NCBI GenBank assembly: GCA_965223265.1
Contig: OZ244999.1
Coordinates: forward strand, 8,416,001 to 8,480,000
Length of the DNA: 64,000 nucleotides
Source of the DNA: Planctomycetota bacterium
GTDB taxonomy: Bacteria; Planctomycetota; UBA8108; SXIK01
Direction: 5' to 3'
A program made the position numbers and the translations under genes. This document shows, piece by piece, positions 37,217 to 47,001 of this stretch (the stretch's first letter is position 1; the number at the start of each line of letters is the position of its first letter). The notes below the pieces were generated by a model that saw only the letters and a program-made list of their open reading frames with translations, did no database searches and was not told the origin of the DNA.

Positions 37217-37786
37217 ATGCCCACGACCCGCGTTGAACCCGATCATCTGATGGACCGCCTGACCGAGGTGTTTCGCACCGTCGGCTATGACGGCGCCACG
37301 CTCAGCAAGCTCTCCGAGGCGACTGGGCTTCGGCGAGCAAGCCTCTACCACCGCTTCCCGGGTGGCAAGCAGGAGATGGCGGAAGCTGTTCTTTCGCGTG
37401 CTGGGACCTGTTTTCAGCAGCACATTCTCGGCCCGCTCACCGGGCCGGGGACGCCCGTGGAGCGGCTCGAGACGATGGCCCGGGAGCTCGACGACTACTA
37501 CTGCCGCGGCCGGGCACCGTGCCTGCTCGACACTCTGTCGTTTGGTGAGGGCGGCGACATTTTTGAGACGCATATCAAGGAGTCGTTCACCAAATGGATC
37601 GGTGCGTTGGCCCAGCTTGTCACTGAGGCGACGAGTTGTTCGAAGGCCGAAGCACGCGAGCGCGCTGAGGAGGCTGTGGTCCGGATTCAGGGCGCTCTGG
37701 TGTTGGTACGTGGAACACGAAGCAGCAAGGTCTTTCGACGTGTCCTCCAGTCTTTGCCTTCCGTGCTGCTCGAGGGAAGGAGGTGA
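37217..37786 (+). CDS. TetR/AcrR family transcriptional regulator
   Basis: FRTVGYDGATLSKLSEATGLRRASLYHRFPGGKQEM HTH; ATG at 37217. Confidence 0.93.
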   Translation: MPTTRVEPDHLMDRLTEVFRTVGYDGATLSKLSEATGLRRASLYHRFPGGKQEMAEAVLSRAGTCFQQHILGPLTGPGTPVERLETMARELDDYYCRGRAPCLLDTLSFGEGGDIFETHIKESFTKWIGALAQLVTEATSCSKAEARERAEEAVVRIQGALVLVRGTRSSKVFRRVLQSLPSVLLEGRR

Positions 37787-37856
37787 TTCGACCAGCGTTA
37801 ACTCTCATAGATTCCGGAATGTCATTTCTTGGAACTATTTTTTTTGGAACTACGTG

Positions 37857-37874
37857 TTACCGAACGTTCGGTAA
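37857..37874. promoter_or_regulatory. Second TetR operator candidate, TTACCGAACGTTCGGTAA
   Basis: Perfect 18-bp palindrome with the same 14-bp core as 37149-37162, upstream of the YHS gene. Confidence 0.72.
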
Positions 37875-38123
37875 AAAGCAAAGACAGACCCATGAAGGCA
37901 GCCATCACATAGAAAACCCAGTTCCCCAATCAGGCGTAGTTCCAGCGAATCCAACAGGCTGGTGTTGCGCTGCAGGCATGAGCGAGAGGAGGTGTCCAAC
38001 GACATGAGATCCTGCGACTCGAGGCTTTGGGTTGCGAGTCAGGACCAAGTTTGAGCACACACTGTTGCGAATCTTAATCACACAAAACGGCGGTCGACCA
38101 GCCGCCATTCAAGGAGACAAGAC

Positions 38124-38645
38124 ATGAAGGCTTTCTACACGATTTCAGCCGTCGCCATTCTCAGTGCCGTGACGATCGGTTGCTTTTCGCAAGCCGAATC
38201 AGCCAGCCCGGGAGCACCAGAGTTGATCGAACAGACCGAGCCAAGCCGCGCCTACTTGCACGCATACAACCTTCCCTCCCACGGCGTCGCTATTGACGGC
38301 TATTGCCCCGTCGCTTACTTCGCCGTGAACAAACCGGTCAAAGGCAAGCCCCAGCACGCGTCTGTTCACAACGACGTTACCTACTACTTCGTCAATGCGG
38401 ACGCCAAGAAGGCGTTCGATGCTGACCCAGAAAAGTATTTGCCGGCCTACGGCGGCTGGTGCGCGTTCGGCATGGCCGTGGAGGACAAGTTCCCGATCGA
38501 TCCAGAGAGCTTCAAAATCGTCGACGGAAAGTTGCTCCTCTTCCTCAAAAACGATGGCGTCGATGCTCTTCAGCTCTGGAACGACGGTGACGAGAAGGCC
38601 CTGCTTAAGAAGGCCGATGCCCACTGGTCGAAAGTCCAAGGGTGA
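38124..38645 (+). CDS. Secreted YHS-domain protein ('YHS (seleno)protein'-like family, Cys form)
   Basis: AAGGAG RBS, signal/lipoprotein leader, AIDGYCPVAYF, FDADPEKYLPAYGGWCAFGMA, IVDGKLLL. Confidence 0.88.
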   Translation: MKAFYTISAVAILSAVTIGCFSQAESASPGAPELIEQTEPSRAYLHAYNLPSHGVAIDGYCPVAYFAVNKPVKGKPQHASVHNDVTYYFVNADAKKAFDADPEKYLPAYGGWCAFGMAVEDKFPIDPESFKIVDGKLLLFLKNDGVDALQLWNDGDEKALLKKADAHWSKVQG

Positions 38646-38748
38646 ACGACGGCACGTCCGCCGGGGCGCGCCCGCGAACCTTCGGGGTTGGGCGCGCCCC
38701 TCGCCAGTAACCCAACGGGTTCCAAAGGATGACGGTTGTGCGGCGATC

Positions 38749-38994
38749 GTCGATGAACAGGTCTCAGGGCCGTATCGACTTTGGATTCACGGACATTCGT
38801 TCGAACCACCGCCGCAAGGAACCCCGGTCGAGAGCCACGTTCGATGCCGACTGCCCGGAGGCGGCATCGTGCGCGGTCTCTTCGTTCGACCTGACCTCGA
38901 GAACATCTTCGACTACCGCGAAGAGCAGCTCCGGCGTCTCGAGTCTGAAACGCTGGGCTGCGACTTGTCCGACGATCCTGCCGCCACGTCTTAA
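38749..38994 (+). pseudogene. C-terminal remnant of an SRPBCC-family protein
   Basis: VDEQVSGPYRLWIHGHSFE...GTPVESHVRCRLPGG...VRPDLENIFDYRE follows the SRPBCC C-terminal pattern (DxQxxGPyxxWxHxHxF...IFxYR). No recognisable N-terminal half. Confidence 0.65.
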
Positions 38995-40524
38995 GAGGGT
39001 CCGCAGCCGACTTCCGTCTTCGTCGATCGCGCTCTTCCCTTCGCTCTGCTCGCTCAGCGTGAGCATTAGGCGCTCGCCGATCGCCTGGCGCAGCCACCTG
39101 TTGGTCGCCCCATACTCCCGGACCACGTTGCCGTTGGGATGGTCGCGCACGATTCGGCGCATGTTCGCAAGTGTCTGATCGTGGTCGTCGCCGTAGTACG
39201 AAGACATGACCGCGGCGTTGTAGAGAGCTTCGTCGGCGAGTGTGCTGTGCGGAAATCTTTCAGCGAAGGCTTGGAATCCGAGGCCCATGGCAACGCCGCG
39301 GCGGCCGGCGCGCCAGAGGCAGAGCGGGACCGAGTAGGCGACGGCTTCCGTCTCGCTGTAGCCCGGGTAGCGATCGAGGATCTCCAGGAAGTGCATTGCC
39401 GCCTGTCGGTATCCGGTATGGGGCGGCAGCGCGGAGGTTGCCTCCTCGAGTGGGCAGGGGGCGACATTCCATCGTCCCTCGGGAGCTTCCCTGCCGTCGA
39501 AGACGCTGGCGAAAAGTGACCTCCCGTCATGGAAACAGATGCGTGCGGCCGCGTGGAGAAGTGCTGCGCTGCGCTCGGGGTCGGTTTCACGCCAGGCACG
39601 ATCTTCGTACCCCGCGAGCTGCCGGCAACCCATGAGTTGCTGCGCCGCTGCGTTCCAATGCATGTCGCGCCGCCACTGCGATTTTCGTACACCCAGGCAC
39701 CAACGCGCCTCCAAGACTTCATTCTCGCCTGGTGGGTCGAGCCAGGTCGCCAACTCTTCGCGTGCCGCCCCGTCCACGTCGAAGAACGCTTCGAAGTACT
39801 CAGTAGCTAGAGAGTAACGCTGCTCGCGAAGGAAGTGGACAGCCGCGGCATACGTCGAAAGGGCGCGCAAGTGCGGCGGGCAATCGGTGCGTAGCCATGC
39901 AGCGATCGCGTCACCATCGACGTCGACGTCGAGAATGTTCTTTATGTTCACGATGATGCGCTCGCGGCAGTCTCCGTCCGGCGCATGAAGAGCCCGGTGA
40001 AGAGTTTCAACCGCCTGCAAGGGTCTGCCCCGTCTCAACTCGGCGGCGGCGACGCGGCACCAAGCGTCGTCGGCCGCAGGGTGACGCGGATAGAGCGAGA
40101 GCCAATTGCGCAGCTCGCTCGCATTCTGGTCGTCAACACGGCTCCAACGTTTGACGAGCCCGGTGCCCCAGCTGACCTTGCTGTTGAAGTAGTGCCCCAC
40201 GATCCTTTCGTACGCCACGACACCCTGAGCGAGTGGCTCATTCGGATAGTGCTTGGTCAGCAGCTGGAGCGCACGGATTTGTGCCTTCGGGTGGCGGTTG
40301 TTGCGTGCGTACTGTGTGAGGTAGCGCGCGCCGACCGGATGGTTGAGCTCCGCGAGGCTCTTGAGGCCGTCGCCCGTGCGGCGAACGACGCGATCATTGT
40401 ATCGTTTGGCTCGCAGACTGACGATCGAGTTGGAACCAAAGACTCCAAGAACGCAGAACGCGGTCACAGCTGCCAGCACAACGAACACGCGGCGCGATCG
40501 ACGCCGTCTTGATCCAGCAGGCAT
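38764..40524 (-). CDS. Hypothetical membrane-anchored TPR-like protein
   Basis: N-terminal TM; repeated YPxxxxA(D/E)xA-type TPR turns (YPRHPAADDA, YPGYSETEAVA, FPHSTLADEAL). The C-terminal tail is antisense to the SRPBCC remnant. Confidence 0.7.
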   Translation of the reverse strand: MPAGSRRRRSRRVFVVLAAVTAFCVLGVFGSNSIVSLRAKRYNDRVVRRTGDGLKSLAELNHPVGARYLTQYARNNRHPKAQIRALQLLTKHYPNEPLAQGVVAYERIVGHYFNSKVSWGTGLVKRWSRVDDQNASELRNWLSLYPRHPAADDAWCRVAAAELRRGRPLQAVETLHRALHAPDGDCRERIIVNIKNILDVDVDGDAIAAWLRTDCPPHLRALSTYAAAVHFLREQRYSLATEYFEAFFDVDGAAREELATWLDPPGENEVLEARWCLGVRKSQWRRDMHWNAAAQQLMGCRQLAGYEDRAWRETDPERSAALLHAAARICFHDGRSLFASVFDGREAPEGRWNVAPCPLEEATSALPPHTGYRQAAMHFLEILDRYPGYSETEAVAYSVPLCLWRAGRRGVAMGLGFQAFAERFPHSTLADEALYNAAVMSSYYGDDHDQTLANMRRIVRDHPNGNVVREYGATNRWLRQAIGERLMLTLSEQSEGKSAIDEDGSRLRTLLRRGGRIVGQVAAQRFRLETPELLFAVVEDVLEVRSNEETAHDAASGQSASNVALDRGSLRRWFERMSVNPKSIRP

Positions 40525-40677
40525 CGCGACTCTCCTTCACTTCTCTCGAGCCGTGCGCGCGGATTCTCTTCGTCCTCTCGTCAGACGATTCTAACGCCGG
40601 CGGCGAGAAAGCGAAGCAAAATGGGTGCTGGACTGATGCTCGGCGAGTACCGGGCGATTCGCGCCGGCTGGATCGAC

Positions 40678-40788
40678 TTCCTTTGTTTCCTCCGTTCCCT
40701 CAGCCTTCTTTTCAGGCAGGCTGTTGAGACCTTCCGAGTGCCGTTTTGGTGGTCGCAACGGACATCGAAACAGGAGGCAACAAAGGAA
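40678..40788. repeat. Intergenic imperfect inverted repeat (16-bp arms, 1 mismatch)
   Basis: TTCCTTTGTTTCCTCC (40678-93) versus GGAGGCAACAAAGGAA (40773-88). Confidence 0.55.
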
Positions 40789-41108
40789 ACGAAGAGGTGC
40801 GCCGTCGGCCACCGCCATGCGGCAGGCCACGCCCGCTAAGCGCCCAAAGCTTGGACGTTAAGAGACCTGGTTCCGCTCGAAGCATCCTCTACGGGCTACT
40901 CACTCGACTTCGTCGTTCGCCTTACACGAATTCACGCGGCGACTTCGCTCAGTTCGTGTCCGTAGACATCGGTGAGGCGAGAATCACGGTCGGCCTGGCG
41001 ATAGGTGAGGCGCTCATGACCTCTCTCTATCGGGACGAATGCGCCGAACCGCCGCCGGACCCTGCGATTGGTTCGTGGGGGCCGGCGGCGCGGAGATTTG
41101 GTCGCCCC

Positions 41109-42494
41109 TCAGAGCGCCCAACCCTGTCGGTACGGTGGCGCGACGAACGCGTTCGCAGCACTCAGGTTGGTGAACTGCATCCTGTCGTGGTCCCAGCGGA
41201 GTTCTCGGCCCGGGAAGCGGATGGCGATAGCTCCGAGAAGCGCGACTTCGGTGAGTGGGCCGCCGTACGCGAAGTCGGACCCCGCTTTGCGGCCGGTTCG
41301 AATCGCCTCGAGCCAGTCCCAGTGGTGGCCCTCGACGCGCGGGATCTTCTTCTCCGGCTGCTGATACTCCTTCATCTTCGCCTCAGGGATGATCGCGCAG
41401 CCGCCAGCGCCGTGCGAGCCGTGCATGATCGCACCGTCCTCGCCGTAAACAACGGCGCCAACGCCGGGCAGTTTGCGATCCGGCTCCAACTCCTTCGGGC
41501 GCGGCGGTCGTTCGCTGCCGTCGAACCAAACGAGTTTGACCGGACCACGCTTGCCCTTGGCGGGGAAGTGGTACGTGACTTTGGTGCCGCGCGGGTAGAC
41601 GTCCGCATGCTCCTTTGGGTCGTAGCCCTTCACTTCAGCATGCACCGACGTCGGCGCACCCAAATCGAGCGCCCAGAACGACGGATCAATCACGTGGCAG
41701 AACCAATCGCCGATGCATCCCGTACCGAACGGCATCCAGCCGCGCCAGTTCCACGGCACCCACAGCGGGCTGTAGGGCCTGAACTGCGCCGGCCCGAGCC
41801 AAAGGTCGTAATCGAGACCTTCTGGGACCTCTTTCTTCTCCTTCAGCTGCGGCAGTTTGTCGATCTGGCAGTAGACCTCACGAAACGCGTCACAGCAGGC
41901 GTGAATCTCGGTGACGTTTCCAATGGCACCATCCCAGATCCACTCGCAGAAGTTTCGGATATGGTCGGAGGAGTGCCCTTGGTTGCCTAGTTGTGTGACG
42001 ACGTCGTGCTTTCGCGCCGCCGCCGCCATGGCACGGACTTCGTGCACCGAGTGCGCCAGCGGCTTTTCGCAGTAGACGTGTTTGCCACGACCGATGGCGT
42101 CGAGGACGGCAACGGCGTGCGTATGGTCCGGTGTGCCGACCGTGACCGCGTCGATGCCCTTGTCGAGCTTGTCGAGCATGTCTCGAAAGTCTCGAAAACG
42201 TTTCGCCTTCGGAAACTGCTCGTACGTTTTCGCCGCGCGTGTGTCGTCGACATCGCAGAGGCCGACGATGTTGTGTTCCTTGCACGCTCTCACGCTCGCG
42301 CCGCCGCGACCGCCAACGCCGATGCACGCGACATTGAGTTTGTCGCTTGGAGCCAAGCGCGCTGGACCGCCGAGCACTGACGCGGGGGCGATCTGGAAAG
42401 CGAACGGCAGTGCCGCAGCGCCGGTCGCGGTGCGCCGCAGGAAACGCCGGCGACTGATCTGACGATTGGATGGAGCAGAGGCTGCGTGGGACAT
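41109..42494 (-). CDS. Tat-exported Gfo/Idh/MocA oxidoreductase
   Basis: SRRRFL Tat motif, IGVGGRG, TPDHTH, YCEKPL, DYDLWLGPA, GTGCIGDWFCH. Confidence 0.94.
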   Translation of the reverse strand: MSHAASAPSNRQISRRRFLRRTATGAAALPFAFQIAPASVLGGPARLAPSDKLNVACIGVGGRGGASVRACKEHNIVGLCDVDDTRAAKTYEQFPKAKRFRDFRDMLDKLDKGIDAVTVGTPDHTHAVAVLDAIGRGKHVYCEKPLAHSVHEVRAMAAAARKHDVVTQLGNQGHSSDHIRNFCEWIWDGAIGNVTEIHACCDAFREVYCQIDKLPQLKEKKEVPEGLDYDLWLGPAQFRPYSPLWVPWNWRGWMPFGTGCIGDWFCHVIDPSFWALDLGAPTSVHAEVKGYDPKEHADVYPRGTKVTYHFPAKGKRGPVKLVWFDGSERPPRPKELEPDRKLPGVGAVVYGEDGAIMHGSHGAGGCAIIPEAKMKEYQQPEKKIPRVEGHHWDWLEAIRTGRKAGSDFAYGGPLTEVALLGAIAIRFPGRELRWDHDRMQFTNLSAANAFVAPPYRQGWAL

Positions 42495-42813
42495 GAGCTT
42501 CTCCGAGGTTTCAGTTTCATGCTAGCGGTCGACACGGCGTCGCGTCTGCCGGCGCCAAGAGTGCGACAACGTGGGGAACGCGGCATTCGCAGCTCGCGCG
42601 ACTTTTCGATGGATTGTATCCGTTTCTGCAGTGATACCCAGGTGATTTCGCGTCGCCGACGGCCTCGAGACTGGCGGACGCGCGCGGGTGTTGGTTATCT
42701 TGAGAGACTTTGGGTCGTTCGTTCCCGTTTGGGACCGCTTGAGCGCCACAGGGCGCCAGTGCCGGCCTTTCTTTTCTATTGGTAGTTCTTAGTTTGGCGC
42801 CTTGGAGTCTCGA

Positions 42814-44079
42814 ATGAAGACGCTTCTCTCCTTCCTCATTGTCAGCTCATGCGCGATACCGCTCAGGTCGGCGGACAGCTGGGTCGATTTTCGTGGCCCG
42901 ACGACTCAGGGACATGTCGACGTTGACGGCTTGCCACTCGAGTGGAGCGAGTCAAAGCATGTGGCATGGAAGAGCGCGATCCCCGGGCGCGGCTGGTCGA
43001 CGCCGATTATCTGGGGCGAACAAATCTGGGTGACGACCGCTGTTGGCGGTGAGGGTGAGGCTCAGTCGCTCCGAGCCCTTTGTATCCACCGTGCGAGTGG
43101 GGCCGTGCTCCATGACGTCGAAGTCTTCAAGGTGGGGAAGCCTGATTCGATCCACTCGCTGAACAGCTACGCTTCACCGTCGCCAACAATCGAGGCGGGT
43201 CGCGTCTACATCCACTTCGGTACCTACGGCACCGCATGCCTGGCGACGACGAACGCTGAGGAGTTTTGGCGTCGCGATGACCTGAAGCTGTCACACCAAG
43301 TCGGTCCGGGGTCGTCGCCGGTCCTTGTGGGGAACCTCCTCATCGTCAACATGGACGGCACGGACCTTCGGTATGTTGTCGCGCTTGACAAGCGGACCGG
43401 GGACACCGTCTGGAGAACCGATCGGTCGAATGATGTCAGCGCGCGCCCTACAGACACGCACAAGGCGTTCTCGACTCCCATCGTCGTGCAAGTCGACGGT
43501 AAGCCGCAGCTGATCAGCTCGGGCGCGCACGCGGTCATGGGGTACGAGCCGACCACCGGGCGGGAGATCTGGCGTGTTCAGTACGATGGCTTTTCCAACG
43601 TTTCGCGGCCGGTGACCGCCGATGGCTTCGTCTTCATCAATACGGGATACATGAAGCCGCAGCTGCTAGCCATTCGCCTTGGCGGTCGCGGCGACGTCAC
43701 GGAATCTCACGTCGAGTGGACAGCGAAGCGTGGAATCCCGGCGAAGCCATCGCCCATTCTTCTCGACGGCGTCATCTACCTCGTCGAGGACAAAGGAATC
43801 GCGGTCGCTCTCGACGCCGCGACCGGGAAGCAGGTTTGGATGGAGCGCCTCGGCGGTCAGTTCTCTGCGTCGCTCCTCTACGCTGGGGGCCATCTCTACT
43901 TCTGCGATCAGGAGGGCAAGACGACGGTCGTCAAACCGGGACGTACGTTCGATGTCCGTGCGGTCAACCAGCTCGACTCCGGTCTGATGGCGTCGCCGGC
44001 GGTTGCGGGCAAAGCACTCTTCCTGCGCACCGAGACGCACCTTTATCGGATCGAGAAACGAACCGTCGCGTCTGACTAA
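42814..44079 (+). CDS. PQQ-binding-like beta-propeller repeat protein
   Basis: Signal peptide, WVDFRGP, GWSTP, SYASPSP, ALDKRTGDTVW, ASPAVAG. Confidence 0.9.
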   Translation: MKTLLSFLIVSSCAIPLRSADSWVDFRGPTTQGHVDVDGLPLEWSESKHVAWKSAIPGRGWSTPIIWGEQIWVTTAVGGEGEAQSLRALCIHRASGAVLHDVEVFKVGKPDSIHSLNSYASPSPTIEAGRVYIHFGTYGTACLATTNAEEFWRRDDLKLSHQVGPGSSPVLVGNLLIVNMDGTDLRYVVALDKRTGDTVWRTDRSNDVSARPTDTHKAFSTPIVVQVDGKPQLISSGAHAVMGYEPTTGREIWRVQYDGFSNVSRPVTADGFVFINTGYMKPQLLAIRLGGRGDVTESHVEWTAKRGIPAKPSPILLDGVIYLVEDKGIAVALDAATGKQVWMERLGGQFSASLLYAGGHLYFCDQEGKTTVVKPGRTFDVRAVNQLDSGLMASPAVAGKALFLRTETHLYRIEKRTVASD

Positions 44080-44139
44080 GGAATCGGTCGCTCGCCGGGC
44101 GACCATGGGAAGCAGCGATCCCATTCAGGTATACTTGGA

Positions 44140-47001
44140 TTGTTTGAAGTCATGCTCGTTCGATGCTCTCACCAACCTTCGCTCACACGCCAAGTGCTCG
44201 CCAAATTGACGACTTCTCAGCCGTTCGTTCGCCGGATCGATCTTTCTTTGGCGGCTCTGCTCGCGCTCAGCCTTGCTCTGAGCGCGTTGTCCGCGACAGT
44301 CGTGGCGCACGGCGCCGAGGCGACGCAGCAGCACTGGGCGTTCCAAGCTCCGGTGCGTCCACCGTTGCCGCCTGTGCGTCAGCAGCGCTGGGTACGGAAT
44401 CCGATTGATACGTTTGTCTTAGCTCGACTCGAGGCGCAGCGAATGGAGCCGGCGCCGCAAGCCGACCGCGTCACACTTCTGCGTCGACTCAGTCTCGACC
44501 TGACGGGATTACCGCCCACGATCGACGCGGTCGATGCGTTTCTCGGGTCTGACTCGGTGGCGTCTTACGATGCGGCGGTGGAGCGCCTTCTCTCTTCGGC
44601 GCACTATGGTGAACGATGGGGACGTCACTGGCTTGACGCGGCGCGGTATGCCGACTCCGACGGCTTTGAGAAAGACAGACCGCGATTCGTTTGGTTTTAT
44701 CGCGACTGGGTTGTCGACGCGTTCAATCGTGATCTTCCTTACGACCGTTTCATCATCGAACAAGTCGCCGGAGATCTGTTGCCGAATGCGACACAGCGTG
44801 AGCGCGTCGCGACAGGTTTTCTGCGCAACTCTATGAACAATGAAGAGGGTGGGACGGACCCTGAGCAGTTCCGGATGGAGGCGCTCTTCGACCGCGTTGA
44901 TGCCATCGGTAAGAGCATCCTCGGCCTCACGATCCAGTGCGGACAGTGCCATGACCACAAGTACGATCCACTGACACAAGAAGACTACTACCGTCTTTTC
45001 GCTTACCTCAACGGCGATCACGAAGCCAACATCGTCGTCTACACGCCAGAGGAGGAGGCGCAGCGTCAGAGTATCTTCAGACGTGTCGACGCCATCGAGA
45101 ATGGTCTACGCGAGCGCCACCCTAAGTGGCGTCAACGCATGGCCGAGTGGGAGGCTCAGGCGCAGGTTGATTCGACTGAGTGGGTGGTGGTCCACCCGAA
45201 GATCGTCGAGGTGTCTTCGGGTGGACAAAGATTCTTGCCACAGGAGGACGGTTCGCTTCTAGCGCAGGGCTACTCGCCCGTGAAGAATCAGCCGGAGTTC
45301 ATCGTCACGACAGACGTCGAGAACATAGCGGCGATCCGTTTCGAACTTTTCACCCACCCGAACTTGCCGCTCAGTGGGCCAGGTCGATCGATCTACGGAA
45401 CAGCAGCGTTGAGTGAATTCCAGGTCGAAGCGGCACCGCTCAGCGCGCCCGATCGTGGCGTCAAAGTCGAGTGGGCGGGCGCCACTTCCGACCTCGAGTT
45501 GCCCGAGGCGCCGCTCGACGCGCTTTTCGACAACCGAACGGACGTTCGCCGTGTTACCGGACCGCCGCGATACGCGATCGACGGCAAAGTGGAGACGGCC
45601 TGGGGTACCGACGCCGGCCCGGGTCGCCGCAATGAGGCGCGGCAGGCAGTCTTCAAGCTCAAGAGCCCGATGGCGCATCAAGGCGGCTCGAGGCTGCGCA
45701 TCGTTCTCCTGCACCGCCATGGCGGTTGGAACAACAACGACAACCAGAATCACAACGTTGGTCGATTTCGCATCTCCGTCACTTCAGACGTCGACGCTAC
45801 AGCTGACCCCTTGCCACGTCGCGTGCGGCAGATACTGGGGCGACCAGCCGCCACTCGATCGGCGGCCGAAGAGGCTGCGGTCTTCAGCTATTGGCGTACG
45901 ACCGTGCCGCAGTGGCGCGCGGAGAACGAGAGAATCGAGGAGCTGTGGAAGCAACACCCCGAGGGCACGTCGCAGCTCGTCCTACAGGCGCGAGATCGTC
46001 CACGACCAACCAGTGTTCTGGAGCGCGGCGACTTTCTCAAGCCGACGCGCCTTGTGTCGGCGGGCACGCCGTCGTTTTTGCATACGCTCGACAACGACGC
46101 ACCTCCGAGTCGTTTGACGTTCGCCAAATGGCTCGTCGATCGACGGGCGCCGACGACGGCTCGGAGTTTCGTCAATCGCGTCTGGCAAACTTACTTCGGC
46201 CGTGGTCTGGTGGCGACAAGCGAGGACCTCGGGACACAATCGGAGTCGCCGACGCATCCGGACCTGCTCGATTGGCTGGCGGTTGAGTTCATGGAGAGTG
46301 GGTGGAGCATCAAACGTCTTCATCGCCTCATCGTCACGTCAGCGACTTATCGCCAGTCGTCACGTGTGACGCCTGAACTGCACGAGCGCGACCCTGACAA
46401 CCGCTGGCTTGGGCGTGGCGCACGGCTTCGCGTAGAAGGTGAAGTGGTCCGAGACATTGCGCTGGCGGCGAGCGGGCTTCTGAAGCGCAAGCTTGGCGGC
46501 CGCAGCGTGTATCCTCCTCTGCCGGAGTTTCTGCTCAAGCCTCCCGTCAGCTTCGGGACGAAGACGTGGCACGTTGAAACGGGTTCTGAGCGTTACCGAC
46601 GCGCGCTGTATACGTTTCGGTTTCGAAGTGTGCCTTATCCGATGTTGGAGACCTTCGATGCACCAAACGGCGACGCGTCGTGTGTCCGCCGGACGCGTTC
46701 GAACACTCCACTTCAAGCGCTGACGACGCTCAACGAGCCGCTGTTTTTGGAGTGTGCGCGTGCGCTGGCGCAGCGAGCGCTGGAGGCGGAGGCAGAAGAC
46801 GATGCGGCGCGGGTGACGTTCGCTTTTAGGACGTGTGTGAGTCGGCATCCGACCGCCGCGGAGAAGGGCGTGCTGCTCGATTTGCTGGCGGCTGAACACG
46901 CCGAGCGGCAACCATCCGACGCGTCCGCCGTGGAGCTCGCCGCTTGGACCGCGGTCGCGCGCGTTATCCTCAACCTTGACGAGACGATCACCAAAGAATG
47001 A
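44140..47001 (+). CDS. DUF1549/DUF1553 (PSCyt2/PSD1) protein
   Basis: [61 protein letters not shown]. Start uncertain. Confidence 0.93.
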   Translation: MFEVMLVRCSHQPSLTRQVLAKLTTSQPFVRRIDLSLAALLALSLALSALSATVVAHGAEATQQHWAFQAPVRPPLPPVRQQRWVRNPIDTFVLARLEAQRMEPAPQADRVTLLRRLSLDLTGLPPTIDAVDAFLGSDSVASYDAAVERLLSSAHYGERWGRHWLDAARYADSDGFEKDRPRFVWFYRDWVVDAFNRDLPYDRFIIEQVAGDLLPNATQRERVATGFLRNSMNNEEGGTDPEQFRMEALFDRVDAIGKSILGLTIQCGQCHDHKYDPLTQEDYYRLFAYLNGDHEANIVVYTPEEEAQRQSIFRRVDAIENGLRERHPKWRQRMAEWEAQAQVDSTEWVVVHPKIVEVSSGGQRFLPQEDGSLLAQGYSPVKNQPEFIVTTDVENIAAIRFELFTHPNLPLSGPGRSIYGTAALSEFQVEAAPLSAPDRGVKVEWAGATSDLELPEAPLDALFDNRTDVRRVTGPPRYAIDGKVETAWGTDAGPGRRNEARQAVFKLKSPMAHQGGSRLRIVLLHRHGGWNNNDNQNHNVGRFRISVTSDVDATADPLPRRVRQILGRPAATRSAAEEAAVFSYWRTTVPQWRAENERIEELWKQHPEGTSQLVLQARDRPRPTSVLERGDFLKPTRLVSAGTPSFLHTLDNDAPPSRLTFAKWLVDRRAPTTARSFVNRVWQTYFGRGLVATSEDLGTQSESPTHPDLLDWLAVEFMESGWSIKRLHRLIVTSATYRQSSRVTPELHERDPDNRWLGRGARLRVEGEVVRDIALAASGLLKRKLGGRSVYPPLPEFLLKPPVSFGTKTWHVETGSERYRRALYTFRFRSVPYPMLETFDAPNGDASCVRRTRSNTPLQALTTLNEPLFLECARALAQRALEAEAEDDAARVTFAFRTCVSRHPTAAEKGVLLDLLAAEHAERQPSDASAVELAAWTAVARVILNLDETITKE

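Noticed and set aside
38124-38645. Selenocysteine recoding in the YHS (seleno)protein-like gene
   Set aside because: No in-frame TGA; the positions are ordinary Cys codons.
40746-41990. 414-aa + strand ORF, and similar long shadow ORFs (e.g. 31830-32933, 49922-50977, 28203-29117, 12599-13522)
   Set aside because: They lie antisense to well-supported genes, have no motifs, and are typical of high-GC DNA.
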